Source: Cyanophora paradoxa CCMP329
Lineage: Eukaryota; Plantae; Glaucophyta
DNA length: 64,000 nt
NCBI GenBank assembly: GCA_004431415.1
Contig: QPMI01000158.1
Location: 1-64,000 of the forward strand
Reading direction: 5' to 3'
Made by a program: the position numbers and the translations under genes. Shown here piece after piece: positions 26,666 through 40,700 of this stretch (the first letter of the stretch is position 1; the number at the start of each line of letters is the position of its first letter). The notes under the pieces are model-generated. The model saw only the letters and a list, made by a program, of their open reading frames with translations. It ran no database searches and was not told the DNA's origin.

Positions 26666-27277
26666 CTCCAGCCTAGAATCGTTATTTCAGTGCAGATAAC
26701 ATTTTCCCGCCTTTAAAATTTTGCTACTTAATAGCTTGACCCCCTGCGAGCTGCTAGCCTAGTAGTAGCTGGCGCGCTTAAAGCTTCATGATCAAGCTCG
26801 ATTATTACTTTCGCAGCTCCGAGGCTCCGCGCGCGGCGCCGGCGCCGGCGCGCGGCCGGCCCCGTCAGCCGGCCGGGCCGGGGGCCGGCCGGGCCGCGGG
26901 GCACTGCAGCTGCAGCTAAGTTCATTCAAGGCCTAGGGTACCGGAACATACGTACCCCGGTAGTGAGGCGCGGCGGCGCGCGCGGTGTTGTGGCGTGGCG
27001 CCGGCGCATTCGCGCGCAACGCGTCCGTATCCGCTCGGACAGCGTGGGCGATTCGCGTGCCGCAGTGCGTGGGCAGATCTGGCGGGCGATTCGCGTGCGT
27101 GCAGATCTGCATTGCGGCCGCCCGCGCCAGCATTTGACCGCCAGCATTCGCACGTGTTAGGAGATCCGATATATAGTGTCAGGACAGCAGCCCGCAGCTG
27201 CAGGACCGGACCGGTCAAAACTGTCTAGCTCGCGCCGCGCCGCGGCCTAGCCTTAAGCTTCCTTTAGCTACATCTAG

Positions 27278-30200
27278 ATGCCCTCGGCAGCGGCAGCGAA
27301 AGCGAAGGCGAAGGCGATCGCAAGGGCGAAGGCGAACGGGGCAGCTGCAGCTGCAGCGGCAGCTGCATGCGCAGCGGCGAATGCGGACGCTAGCTCGAAT
27401 CCGAAAGGACAATTGCAACCAAGTTCAAGCTTGACGTTTGAGCAGCTACCCGTCCGCGGCCGCAAGAAGGGCGTACCTCCTGTTCGTTTGAGTCCGGTGT
27501 CCGCAGCGTGCTACGGCACCATCGCCGGCGAGCAGCGGCCTTGCATCGTTCTGTATGGCGGTACATGCCTGCATAGTAATGAATTGCTTGACGACATGTG
27601 GGCCTATGACATAAGAGCGAGCTCCTGGACCAAGATTGACCAGCGCGGTCGGTTGCCGCCTCGCCATGATCGCCCTGTTTTCGTGCGCAATACTATGCAT
27701 ATGATATGTGTGCGCGTCGACTGCGCTGCTCGCCTGATTATGACATGCATACATATGACAGGTGCACTTTCAGGGCGCAGTATGGATGTGGGGTGGCAGT
27801 GCGGAGGCGAATCCCCCGGATGACAACGTTCTGTGGAGGTAATTATAAACGCATATATATGCTATATGGCTATACATAACCGCGCGTTTTTGCATTTCGC
27901 AACTGTATTTAATTTTGATTTTGACTCACTAATACAACTTCAGGCTTGACCCGCAGACGTGGGTGTGGTCAGACTTGCACGTCCATGGCCCAGCTCCGCA
28001 CAGCCGGGCGAATGCCCTCGCGCTCGTCGACGAGGAGCACGGACGCCTCATCGTTTTTGGAGGGCTCAGAAACGTATTCAACTTCAGCGGCACGCCCCAG
28101 CTAAACGATCTGTGGATTTTTTCCTTCACGGAAAAGTACCTACGCGTGGTTTATTAATATTCTTTCAACGGCGTTCTCAGCCTCGATGTAATTTCTTTTA
28201 TTGCCGTGCATGCGCAGGTCCTGGACTGAAATCGAGCCGAAGGCAGGTCAGCCGTGGCCCGAACCGGTTTCAAGCGCTGTAGGATGGCCCGTCGACGCTG
28301 ATGCTACATAGTTCTGACAATTGCCAACTCTGAACTCAAGTTACGTATGCGTGCGCAGGCTTAGTCCCAACGGCGACTGTTTCGCATTTCATGGGGGCAA
28401 CTTTATCAATATCTTCTTTAACAGAGGCGGTTCGTTCGTTTTCTATGAATTATATATCTCATGCGCATGCTGACCAGTTTCATCGAAATCACAATTTGTT
28501 TTACCAGAAACGAATGTTATGTCGGATGCCTGGCTTTACTATCTTGACGAGAACCGCTGGGAAAAGGTGCCGTCGTCATTGAACCCTGGCCCGCTGGACG
28601 GGGCGGGAAGCGCCAGCGTCGGAGCATTGCATCTCCTCTTTGGTGGATGGGATGCAAGCAACAAGTATTCTAACAAATGCTGGGCCTTCGATTTTATGGC
28701 TGCCCGCGCTTCCGCCGACCCTTGGCGCGCGCTCTCCACTTCTGGGGCCGTTCCGTCACCCCGCGTGCGGTCCATGCTGCATGCTCTTCCTGGCACTGGC
28801 GCTCGCCTCTTCGCCGTTGGTGGCCTGGCGAACGAAAACGGGAGGGCGAAGTATTTCACCCCTGAAGTCTTCCGCATTGATCATGACCTCACCGGCTTTG
28901 ACTATGGGCCGCCGGCTGCGATGGAGACTTGTACTACAGCTGACCCTGTCTCGGCCGCGGGCTCTAGATCTGCAGTGGATCCGCAGGTGCGGGACCCGTT
29001 GGCGTCGCAAGGTCTGCAGCAGTCAGCTGTGCCGGTGGCGTCAATCCCAGCTGCTGCCAGTGCAGAACAGGCGGAGCATGTGCTAAAATCAGACATCGAT
29101 ACAGCCGCGAACCAGCTGCAGCTACAAGCGTCAGCGGACGCAGGCGTTGGGGCAGCGCAGCCATGGCAATATTTTTATAATTACAAGCTATTTCCGTATC
29201 TTGCTTCTGAATCCGTTTCATGGTCATCAAACCATTCATCAGCAAAAAGGCGCTTTGCGGTAAACGTACGTACGCCGCAGGCCTAAGCGCTCGCACGTGC
29301 CGACTCATAGTGAACGAGTCAAATTAAACGCTCGCACGTGTCGACCGATAGTCAATGCATATGAGTCATAGTCAATGTGGAATCATTTGAAATATGCCTC
29401 TGCATGCGCAGGAGAAGCAATTCATGCAGAAACAAGCTGGGGGACAGGCGGCTACTCAATCTGGAGCAGCAGCGCTAGCACCGGCCGCACAGCTGCAGCC
29501 AGATCTAGATCCGGCGCCGGCGCCCGCGGACCAGACAGCGGCGACCCCGGATCCGACGGCAGGCAGCTCGGAGATGCATGCGCGACAGGCGCTGGAGCAG
29601 TTCCAGGAGGAACTGGAAGCGGCACGATCGCGAGCAGAGGGGGAGACGGTGCGGATCCTGGAATCGCTGCAACTACCCACGACGGCGGCGCCGGCTGCGG
29701 CCGCACAGCCAGACCCGCCGGTCGTGCCTCAAGATCAGACAGTGGCGGCGACTCCAGCTGCAGCGGTAGGCAGCTCGCGATCGGAGATGCATGCGCGACA
29801 GGCGCTGGAGCAGCTCGAGGAGGAACTGGCGGGGGCACGGGCGGAGGCGGCGGCGGTGCGGGCGGAGGCGGCGCGGGCGCAGCGCGAGGCCGAGGGCGCC
29901 AGCAACGACCGCAACCACCACAAGTGCCTCGCGCCTCGCGCCCAAGCCTCTTCCCTGATTATATAATTTGGGTCCACCTCCCCTGCGACCGGCAACCGAC
30001 TCCGGTCCCGCGCAGGCAGATGCTCGAGACGTCGAGGAAGAAGCTGGCGGAGGCCGAGGCCGCGCGGCGGGCCGCGGAGGAGCAGTCGCGGGCGGCGGAG
30101 AAGGCGCGGCGGCAGGCGAACGCGGACCGGGACGGGATGCGCGCCGCCAAGCAGGCCGCGGAGGCCGCCGTGGCGGAGGCGCAGGCCGATGCGAAGGCGG

Positions 30201-31119
30201 CGAGGGGCGAGGCGGAGGCGGCGCGTCGGGCCCTGGCGCAGGCGCAGGAGAAGGCGGCCGCGGGGCAGGCCCGCGCCAGCCGCCTCGAGGCCGGTCTCAA
30301 GGAGGTGCACGTCGGCGATATGGCATTGCAATTGGTTTTGTGCGATGCGCCCTCTGACTGTGGCACAGGCGACGGAGCAGCAAACAGCGCTGAAATCGAT
30401 GCTCGCGGCGGCGGAGGCTCGGGCGGGGGCCGCGGAGGCGCGAGCGGGGGCGGCAGAAGCCCAGGCTGAGGGGGCGGAGGCGCGGGCGGGGGCGGCAGAG
30501 GCGCGGGCGGGGGCGGCGGAGGCTCGGGCGGGGCCGCGGAGGCGCGAGCGGGGGCGGCAGAAGCCCAGGCTGAGGGGGCGGAGGCGCGGGCGGGGCGGCG
30601 GAGGCGCGGGCGGCGGCGGCGGCGCTGGAGCCGCCGTCCCTCGCGCCGGAAGCGCTCGCGGCGCTCCCCGCGGAGCGGCTGCACCGGCTGCAGCAGGGGC
30701 TCCTCGAGGGCCTCGCGGCGGTCTCCGGGGCGCTCGCCGACGCGCGGGCGAGGGAGGCCGAGGCGCGGGCGGCCGAGGCGGAGGCGCGGGCGGCGCGGGC
30801 GGCGGCGGAGATGCAGCAGCGGCTCGAGGAGTCGGAGCGGGCGGCGCGGGAGGCGCGGCGGCAGCTGGAGGCGCAGTTCGAGGAGCTGCTCTGCCTCGCC
30901 TGCAGGGACCGCCCGCCCTCCGTCCTCATGAGCGGCTGCCGCCACGTCGTCCTCTGCCGCCCCTGCTTCGAGGGGCACACCGCCGCCTCGCGCGCCCGCG
31001 CCGCCGAGGCGGAGGCCCGCGGGAAGTCGCCGTCGGCGCCGCTGACGTGCCCCAAGTGCCGGGCGCCCTACGACGTCGCCAAGTGCGTGGTGGGCGTCCA
31101 GCTGCCCAAGCTCGACTGA
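27278..31119 (+). CDS. Kelch-repeat, coiled-coil, C-terminal RING (C3HC4-like) putative E3 ubiquitin ligase
   Basis: Kelch blades (VLYGG..LDDMWAYD, IVFGG..LNDLWIF, LLFGGWD..NKCWAFD, FAVGG); Ala/Glu coiled coil; CLACRDRPPSVLMSGCRHVVLCRPC...CPKCR. Apparent frameshift in G-runs at about 30530-30595. Confidence 0.78.
30408..30612 (+). repeat. 21-bp coding tandem repeat (AEARAGA-type coiled-coil units)
   Basis: Repeated gcggaggcgcgggcgggggcg-like units. Confidence 0.8.
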
Positions 31120-31393
31120 GCGGGCACCTGTCCGAATTCCCGCCCTGTGATCTAAAAGAGCGGATATCGATCGGCCAGAATCCCTCAGTTCTAGCAGCTC
31201 TTGCACATTTGCACGTCTGAGCTGTACACGAGCCCTAGATTGATCGAAAGTGCATGCATATGCGGGAAGTAATCACAAAGGGGGCCGGCGGGCGAATTTG
31301 AAGAACTTGTAAAATACGATTCGACAGGGAGAGGAAGAGTGAGGGAGAGAAGGGATCGGATCTAGATCGAGACTCCACAGCGACACGCTACAG

Positions 31394-34300
31394 CTACTTG
31401 CGGGACAGGCTGACGCGCGTCGTCCGCCGCCCCGCCTCGTGCTGCTCGTCGTGCGCGTGCGACTCCGCCTCCGCAGCTGAGGAGGAGGAGCCGCGGCCGC
31501 CCGCCCGCCCCTGCTTCGCCTGCCTCGCCTCCTCCTCCCTCGCCTCTCCGCTCGTCCGCTTCCGTTTGGACTGCAGCGCGAGCGAGTTAGAAGGTGTGTA
31601 CGGGGATACGGAAATGCAGCGGACGGACCTTGCTGTGCTCGCCCTCGGACTCGGGGGGCTCGGCGTGCTTCTCCTTCTCCTTCTCCTTCTCCTTGGCCTC
31701 CTTGGAGCCGGCTTCCTTCTCTTTGTGGTGGCCCTTGTGGTCCCTGTGATCCTTCTCCTTCTCCTTGTGCTCCTTCTCCTTCTCCTTGTGCTCCTTCTCC
31801 TTCTCCTTGTGCTGCTCGGGCTTCTCGGATGCCTTGCCGCTGACGCGCGTCGTCCGCTTGGGGCCCTGCGAGCGGCCGGCCGGTCAGTTGGGGCGCGGGC
31901 GCGGGTGAGTGCCGAGGAGAGGGGCGGCGCTCGCCTCGCCCTTGTGGTCCTCCTCCTTCTCCTTCTCCTTCTCCTTCTCCTTCTCCTTGGGCTCCTCTTT
32001 GGGCTCTTCCTTGGGCGGCGGGTGCGGCTGGCTCGGGCCCGGCTCGTGCCCTATCTTGCCGCGGACTTTCTTCGAGTCCTCGTGGGCGGCCGGCGCCGCG
32101 TACCCCCCGCCCGGCTCGTTCCCGATCTTGCCGCGGACCTTCTTGGGCGGGCCCCGCTCCGCGGCCGGCGCGGCCGGCGGCAAGGCGGCGCGCTCGGCGG
32201 CGGCGGCGGAGGAGGAGGACGAGGCCTCCGCCCTTCGGGGGGGTACCTCGGGCTCCCGCCCCCCGTTCCTGAGCCGCTCCGCCGCAATCATGCTCGTGAT
32301 CTGAGCCTCCGCCACCTGCGCGCGAGCGGTACCCCCGTGGGCGAGAGCCCGTACCCACCGCGGAGGGAGGCGCCCCGGACCTCCTCGACGCGCTGGGTCG
32401 CAGTCCAGACGGCTAGCCCCTCCGAGTTGTACTTGTACGCGTTCCTGGGTGGGGGTACTCGCCGGACGGGGAGATGGGGGGTACAGCGGGCGAAAGCGCA
32501 CGAGAATATGAGGCGGAGGAGCCGCACGAACTCGTACAATGACTTGATGCTCTGCGGGGCGAGGGAGCGTTGGGCGGGTACCGCGGTCTGCGGGTGCGGG
32601 GGTGGCGTACCCCCTCGTCCACCTTCTTCTTCAGGGTACCGAGATCCATCGGCTCCTTGATGACTTTGTAATAGTCGGGGGCATCCTGGGGGGTACCGGT
32701 TGGAAGAGAATTCGCGGAAGGGAGGGGAAGGGGGGTACCGCTTCGGAGACGGGCTTCTTGAACCACTTCGAGGCACCAACGGCGTTGATCTCCTTCAGAG
32801 CCTGCAGGGCACGGGGCGGCGGTCGGCGGGGTACGTCACTTGGACGGGCGGGGGTACGCGAACGTGTGTGAAGCTCTTCTTCAAACTCTTTTGGCGCTTT
32901 GCGTCCGCTTCGGAATCCAGAGGCCTGTGCGAATCTCAGCGCCGGCCAACGGCGGGAAGGGGTGGAGAGGAGGGGGGTACGGGACGCACGCGGATGCCTC
33001 GTCGGACGGGGGAGGGGGCGCTGGTTCGCTGGAGGACTGGAGGGGTTCCAGGGGGGGAGGGACGTGGGAGGGGCCTTCGGTCTCGGGCTGGGAGGGGACG
33101 GCACGGGCGACCGGGGGCGGGGAGAGGGCGGGGGCCTCGGGGGGGCCGGGAGGGTGCGGGGGGGAGGGCGGGGGGGAGGACGAGGGATCCTCGCGGACCG
33201 AGTTCGAATCCGCGCGGGAGGAATCGTTCACGAGGACCTGCGGGAGGGGTGAGAGGGGTGCGGGGAAGGAAGGAGGAAGGGGTACGCGCCACAGGGCTCT
33301 CCTCGCCCCCGACGGAGGGGCGCGAGTCGATATCCATGTCGTCGGCGGTCACCTGAGAACCGGAGGGGCCCGCCGCGGGCTCCTCGGCGGGGGGCGCCGC
33401 GGCCGGCTCCTCGGCGGCCGAGGCGCCGGAGGCTTCCCGCCCGCGGGAGCCCGCGCGCCCGCCTTGCCGCCGGCGCGCCCGCCGGCGCGCCCGCCGCGCG
33501 CGGGCGTCTCTTTCGCCTCTTTCGCCTCTTTCGCCTCCTTGGGGGCTTCCTTTTCCTTCTCTTTGGGAGGCGAGGCGGCCCTCCGGGTCCGCCGGGGGGG
33601 CGAAGTCCGCTCCGGCTTCTTCTCCTCCTCCTTCTCGTCGGTCTTGTGGCTCCTGAGGGCCCTCCGGAGGGACGTGGGGGGCCCGGAGGGAGAGCCGTCC
33701 GAGGGCGGGGCGGAGGGCGCGGGGGTGGCGGAGGAGGAAGCGGGGCGGGAGGAGGACGCGCCCTCGTCGATCGAAAGGCTCCCGGCGCTCTTCCTGAGAG
33801 ATTCGATCTCGTTCTGGAGCGACCTGCGCGGCGCGGCGCGGCGCAGCGGCGGGCGCGTCACGGGCCGGGGCGCGGTAAGGCCGGCGGAGACGGGAGGGCG
33901 CACAGGACGGCGCGCTCTCTTCGGATTATGGATCGCGCGAGGGCTTCGACCTTGTCCGTTCGGGCCTTTGCCTGGGCCTCCTCCGTTTCGCCTGCAGCGC
34001 GAGCGGTCAGCGATCAAAAGCGGGCGGGTGGCGGTCTGCGCGGACCCTCGAACTTGGGCGGAGCAGTCGCTATGCCCGCAAGCATTCCGCTCGAGCGCAT
34101 CTCGTCAAACTTGGCCGCGCACGCCTGCCGGTCGCACGCTAAGGGAGGCGACCGTCCGGCTGACGGTGCGAGCGCAGACCTCGGGCGTGAACAAAGGGAC
34201 GAGATCGGCAAGCGATGCCCCGCTAGCTGCTTGCTTCAGTGCCTCCGCCACGCCGGCCCAGACGTCTGGATCGACCCGCCAGTCGCCCAGCTCGGTGTCG

Positions 34301-34569
34301 GCGAAGCGCGGGGCGACGGTCGCCTTGAGCGAGAAGGCGAACATCATCTCCGCGGCTTTCGGCCATCTCGCCGGCTTTGCCTGCGAATCTGCTGCGACGC
34401 GTTCGTCAGGTCGATGTGCGCAGGCATGGACGAAGACCGCGAGCCGTGCAGGGACCCAGCACGCGCGATGCACGATCCCGGGTCCGGCATCGATCGTTTG
34501 CGCGTGCCGCAGAGCCCCGCTCGCCCCACTCTGCGACGCGGCGAGAGCCGCACCTGGAGGCGCCTCCAT
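31394..34569 (-). CDS. Bromodomain-containing protein with KE-rich C-terminus, multi-exon
   Basis: KEINAVGASKWFKKPVSEA/DAPDYYKVIKEPMDLGTLKKK/SLYEFVRLLRLIFSCAF/YKYNSEG; start inferred at MEAPPGA. Confidence 0.8.
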
Positions 34570-34708
34570 CGTGAGATGAAGGCCTCCTGATCGTCGCGTA
34601 GATCCCACCAAGCACGCTGGCTGCTGTCCTGACGATGCTTTGGATGCGTTTGGGGGTACGGGAAGAAGAAGGCCAAATCGAAAGAGCGGCAATGCGCTAG
34701 CCTGCAGG

Positions 34709-37700
34709 ATGATTGGAAGGGAGCTGTCGTCGACATCGATCGCGGCGAGCGCCGCTCGCGAGAGCCCGGTCCCGTCGACCTCGGGCACGCCGATCCACTC
34801 GGGCCCCGTGGGCGCGGCGATCACTCTTGACGAGGTTCCGCTCGAGGTTGGCACCCTCACGTATCCGGGCCTCTCCGCGGCGGATGCGAAGCGGTCCGTG
34901 CTTTCCGCGTACGCGCGAGCGCCCGCCCGCCTCACCCCGGGGTCCGCACGCGATGCAGGAGACTGGAAGATGCTCTTCTCGCTCAGTTCCCGCGCCTCAT
35001 GGCATCCAACAGAGGCCCGGTCATCACCCGCGCGCTGGGGCCCGTCGCGCGGATTTCGCGCCTCGGCCTGGCCCTCTGCGCTGTCCTCCTGCTCATCTCA
35101 TTCGGTGCCGGGATTTTGGTAGCTAGCGGGGCTCGCCTAGGCGCTGACGCGGCGGTCCCCGTCGGTCGCAGGCGTCAACCAAGGCCGCGGCGGGAGCAAG
35201 CACCCCATGGGCATCAATTGGATCGTGGAGGGACTGCTACTGCTCGTGATCCTGCTCGTCAACACATGGATCGACGTGCGCGAGTGGAGGCTTAAGGTAG
35301 GCTGTCGGATGTGCCCCGCGCGCGGCGCGACTCGCGACGATTCCCGCCGCAGACATTCGAGGTCGCCGCGCGGCTGCGGCACTACCTTTCGGAGTTTGCG
35401 CGCCTCGAAGCACCGCCCCCGCCGCCCCGTGCGCTGCGCCCCTCTTCCTTCCGCAGCGCCCGCCGCCAGCCGCCGCCCACCGCGCCGCTGCCAGGCTTCA
35501 ATCGGCACGGGAAGGCCGTCCCGCCGCCGCCGCCGCCCGCAGGCCTCGCCACGTCGGCATCCATCAGCCTAGTCAGCGCCTGCCGGGACTACCAGTGGCT
35601 CAAGGTGCGCTTTCGGCCTTCATCTCTCCGCTCCCGGCCCGCGCCCCCGCGATCCTCCCGCAGGTCCCCGCGAACATGCTGGCGAACGGAGATTTGATCC
35701 AGCTGACGATCGGGGAGGCCGCGCCCGCCACAATGCGCTCCGTCGAGGGTGCGCGCGCCGTACCCCGCGGGCAGGCTCACTTCGTTCGCGCCCCGAGGCG
35801 CTTTCGCCGCAGGCGAAGTGAACGTCGAGCCCCTCCCGAAGGGTACCGTAATTTCGGCGGCGCTTCGGCTGGGGCCCGGGGCTCCCTCCCCCCCGCACCG
35901 CGGGCCCCAAGGCCCCGTCGGCGCCGGCCCCGGCATGCGCAAGAGCCACACCACAAACGACATCGCGGCGATTCGACCCCACGTCCGCTTTCTCGGTGCG
36001 CGCAGTCCTCGCGCCCGGGGGTACATGCCTCCGGCCGATCCATCCGGGGTACAGGCATCGAGGACAACCCCCGCGAGCGGTCCGATTCGGCCCTCGTGAG
36101 CGCGATCGGGGCGGTGCGCCCAGAGCCCCGCCGCCCCTCGCACGCCGCCCCTCGCACGCCGCCGCCGCCCCTCACGCGCCCGCCCTGTTAGAGCACGATC
36201 TCGCCGAGCCCGAGCACTGACGCCCTCTCCGCGATCGCGGACGCCGGCGCCTCCGATTCCGACGACCCGGCTACCCCCCCGACCTTCTCCCCCCCGGCCC
36301 GCCCCGTCGTCCCGCCCCCCGCCCTCGGTGCCGTCGGACTCCTACCGGACATCGATCCCGCCAGGTGCCCTTTTCTCTTTCTTCTGCTCTACCCCCCTTC
36401 CGTTCCCCCTCCTTCTTAATCCGTGTACCCGGCAGCGCCCGCCACCGCTTCGAGGTCATAGAGGCGAGCGCCGTCTCTCAGATTCAGGTACCCCTCCCCC
36501 CTGCCCCCCCAAGGCTCCGCCGGCTGAGCGGCGGGGGGCCGGGCACAGCCTGTGCTCCAGGGGAAGGCGGTGCGCCCGCCGCCCGCCCTCTCCAAGTACA
36601 TCGCGGCCGTCGAGCGGTTCGAATCCCCGCGGGGCCCGTTTCGCTTTGCACGCTCCGCCTTGATCGATCTCCGCCCCGCAGCTTCTCGCTCTGGCTTCTG
36701 CTGGCGGGGGTACTCGTTTCGATCGCCATCAACGTCGGCCGCTGTGGGGCGCACGCATCCAGCTACGACTGCGTCGAAATCGTCCTGGTACCCGTCTGCC
36801 CGTATCCCCCGCCATGTGCCGAAGGAGGGTACGGCACCGCAGGTCCGGGTATCGTACCTCGCCATGTGCCTCCTACCCATCGCCGCCCCCGCATTCCTCG
36901 CCGCCGTTCGCGCCCTCGGCGTTGCCCGGTACCCCCACCCGGCCGTTCATCGTACCCCTCCTCCTCTCACGGCCCCCCCTCCCCCAGGGTACTGGCGTTC
37001 TACGAGCTCCTGCAGGGTACCAGCGGCCTCCGAGGGGGGGAGGACCCCGACAACGAGTTCGACGTCGAGGTACCCCAATCTCTTCCTCTTCCCCCCCCCC
37101 CCGCCCCCTCTCCCCCCTTCCCTTCTGACCCGCGCGCAGGGTCGGCACCGGCGAAAGGAAGAGTTTCCGGTAGACCCCCGCCGCATCTTCCACTACCTCG
37201 TCCGGGTCGTTCGGGGTACCCCCCTCCTCTTCCTCCCCGACCCTCTACCCCCCTGAGAGGGCGGCAGGTGACCCCCGGCTCCTGGTGCGCTCCTGCGACC
37301 TGCTGTACGCGCTGGGCCAGGTACCCCCTTTCTCCCATCCCTCCCTGTACCCCCCTGAACCTCCCCCCCCAAAAAAAGACGACGGCGGTGTGCTGCGTGG
37401 ACAAGGAGGGGGTACTGTCGGAGCCCGTGCCAACCGTCGAGGAGGCGTTCATGCTCAAGAAGGACCAGACCGAGGCCCGCCGGGGGGGTACCGGTGGATT
37501 TCGGCAGGAATCTGACCTCCTCCCTCGCAGGTGCTTGAAATGATCTGCGAGCCGGCGTCCAAGTGAGGGCTACCCCCTCCTGCCCCCCCCCCCTCCCCCC
37601 CCCCCCCACCCTTCTCAACACGCCCCAGGTTCGGGGTACGCTTCGAGGAGGGCTCCTGGAAGCAGCACATGGGTAGCCTGAAGCCCCTGGGGCTCGCCTG

Positions 37701-40700
37701 CCTCGCCAACTGCCCCTGCTACCGCCTCGCCCGCGGGGACGGCCACGGACACCGTACCCCCCCGCCCCTTCCCTTGTCTGTACCCCTTATCACCTGATAT
37801 CCTTCCGCAGACCACGCTCGAGAGGCGAAGGACGTGGGCGCGGCGCAGGGCGGGGGCGCGGGGGCCGGGGGGCAGAGCCCGGCGGCCGCGCCCCACGCGC
37901 CGCACCCCGTCAGGCACGCGCGCCCCCCCCCCCGCCCACCCTCCCCGTCCCTCACTTCTCTCTTACTTCCCCGTCTCTCCTCAGCACGACGGCCACGCAG
38001 GACCTCCTCCGAATCCTCATGTCCCTCACGTACCACGGCCCGAAGCTGGCGGCCGCCGCGGCCGCCGCCGGCGCCTCGCCCTTCGCCTCCTCCTCCGCCG
38101 CCGCCCCGGCCGCTACGCCGCCGCCCTGGCCGGAGGGCTCGCCCCAGTCTTCCAGCAGCAAACAGGCGAATGCATTAGTAACTGTTACTTCTTTTTGGCA
38201 CTAAAATCGCCCTCCTCGCCCTCCTCCTCGTCCTCGTCCTCCAAGCAGGCGATCGGGGGCGTGCCGGGCCCGCTGCGGACGGGGTTGGAGGACTGCCTCT
38301 GCGGCCTCGGCGGCGAGATCGGGTTCACCGAGGCGCGCCGCCATCTATCTATCCGTCTATCTATCTTTCTATCTTTCTATCTTTCTCTCTCACTTTCTAT
38401 CTGATTGCCTTCTTTATCTACGGGCCTTTCTATCTGATTGCCTTGCTGCTGTCCTTCCTTCTTTCTTCCTTCTGTCTATCTTCCATCTTTGTTTCTCTTG
38501 CCCATCTACTTGGTCTTGGCTTGATCCTAACTGTCCCGCCCCGCCCCCGCCCTCAGGCCGGGCTGGACCTGTACCGGAAGCGGCGGGAGCTCCACATCGT
38601 CGCCCCCTTCCTCCAAGAGAGTGCGCGCACTTTAAACTTTATCTCTCTTAAGCGGATTCATTCCTTGAAATCCCTCATTCCTTAAGAGAATTCCTATCTT
38701 AAGTGGATCTGCCTGTCTATCCGCCTGCCTCTGCGCCTCCCTCTCTCTTTGACTCGCTTTCTCTTTCTCCTGTGCAGCGCCCTCGTCGGCGGGGGCGGCG
38801 GGCGGCCAGGCGCCCGCCACGCCGGCGGCCCCGCAGCCGCGGGGGTACGGCAACCAGCCGGACACGCCCCGGCGCGCCAACATGCAGTACCAGGTGACCC
38901 CGCCCCTCGCCCCCGCCCCTCGCCCCGGCCTTGGCCTTCGCATCTTGGGGCGTCTTAGCCCCTCGCCCCTGCTCGCTTCCTTGACCCGCCGCTTCCCCCC
39001 TCCCCGCGCAGCCTCCCCACGTGATGGCGTCCGTCCTCGAGGACCGCGCGGGATCGGTGCGCCGAGGCTTTCGCTGAGGCCGAGGCTTTAGGAGTCACTT
39101 TGAGACCGCTTGGGGACGGAGCGGCGGCCCCTTCCCCCTCCCTCTCCCCTCCCCAGTCTGATCTGATCTGATCTGATCTGACCTCCCCTGCGCGCAGTTC
39201 CACGTGGTGACGCGGGGCAACCCGACCATGGTCGTCGAGCAGGTCTGTCCGGCTGGCTCCCTGGGCCCCCCGCCCCCGTTGCTGGGCTGGGTGCTAGGGG
39301 AGCAGGGGTCCGTCGAGCTAGCTTCTCGGCCCCCCCCCCGCCCCCGTTGCTAGCCCCCCTGGGTCGAGCTCTTCGAGCCCCGCCTTGCCCTCTTACGCTC
39401 CCCCCCCCCCCCCCCCCCCCCCCCCCCCATCTGCCCCCCCCCCCCCCCCCCCCCCCCCTCCCCCCCAGTGCGGGTCGTTCTGGGACGGGGAGGAGATCCG
39501 CGAGCTGACCCCCGACGAGCGCGCCGACATCCTCAACCAGGTGCGCACGTACCCCCCCAGCGCAGCCGAAGCGCAGCACTGGCAAATAGCGCAGCAAGAG
39601 GCGCCTTTTGCCGCCTCTATATTGCAGCACAGCCTATCCTGCTTTGCCTTGCGCCGCCTTTGCTTTGCTTGCGCCCGGCTCTGAGGCGGGCCGCGCCTGC
39701 GCAGTACCACCAGTGGAACCACGAGGGGGACTTCCACTGCGTCGCCTTCTCCTACTCGTCCGCCCCTACCCCCCCTTCCCTCCCCCCCCCTTAGATCCGT
39801 CCAGGCCGGTGGAGGCGAGGCTGTCGGCCTTCTGCGCGGGCGAGCCCTACAGCCTCCACCTCGTCAGGTCCGCCCTCCCGCCCCCTGAGAGGGCAGAGGG
39901 CAGAGGGTAGAGGGTAGATAGAGGGGTGGGAGGGCCTTCGTTGCTCTCAGCGCACCGCACCGGGGCCCTCCTTCTCGATCCATCGGACGCCTGCCTACCT
40001 TAATGCAGCCCGCCGGGCCTAGGCCTGTCTCCGGCTTAGCGGGCCGGGGCCAACCTACCATCTCGATTGCTGTCGTGATCGCGCCGCTCACCTGGCGCTC
40101 ACCTGACGCCCGGCAGCCTCCCGATCGGGCCACCGGGCTCCTCCTCGGGGACCGGCCGGTGCGCAGCGGCCCGATGCGATCCAATCCGATGGGATTGCTT
40201 AGCGCGAGACGCCAGGAACTACGTGCTGGACCTCAGGCGCCAGCACCGCGCGGCGGCGGCGGCGGCGGCGGGCGCGCCCGGCGGCGGCGGCCCCGTGCCG
40301 ACGCCCCGCGGCGGGCCGGCCGGCACCAGCGGCGGTGTCGGGCTCAACGCCGGCGCCGGCGGGGCGGGGGCGGGCCTCGGAGGGGGCCCGAGCGCGGCAC
40401 AGGTCCGTGTCCGCTGCGCGAGCTGCGCCCTCTAGAGAAACGCCGCCCGCCCTCCGCTGCTTTCTCCGCTAGCGCTCGCTCGTGTTGAGCGGGGCGGGCG
40501 GGCGCAGGCGGCGACCCCGCGGGGCCCCGGCGTCTACGGGCACCACCACCACCACCACAGCCACCGGTGCGCTCTTTCCTCCGCGCCCCTCGCCCCTCGC
40601 CTCTGCTTCGCCCGACTCTGTCCTCCCCCCCCCCCCCCCCCCCCCCCCCCCAGGCGGCTGGACGCTGCGGCGCGCATGCAGATCGCCGCCGACGTGACCG

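Noticed and set aside
30520-30600. Programmed frameshift or pseudogenisation in the kelch-RING gene
   Set aside because: Explained by two single-G losses in G-runs of repeat units; likely homopolymer sequencing errors.
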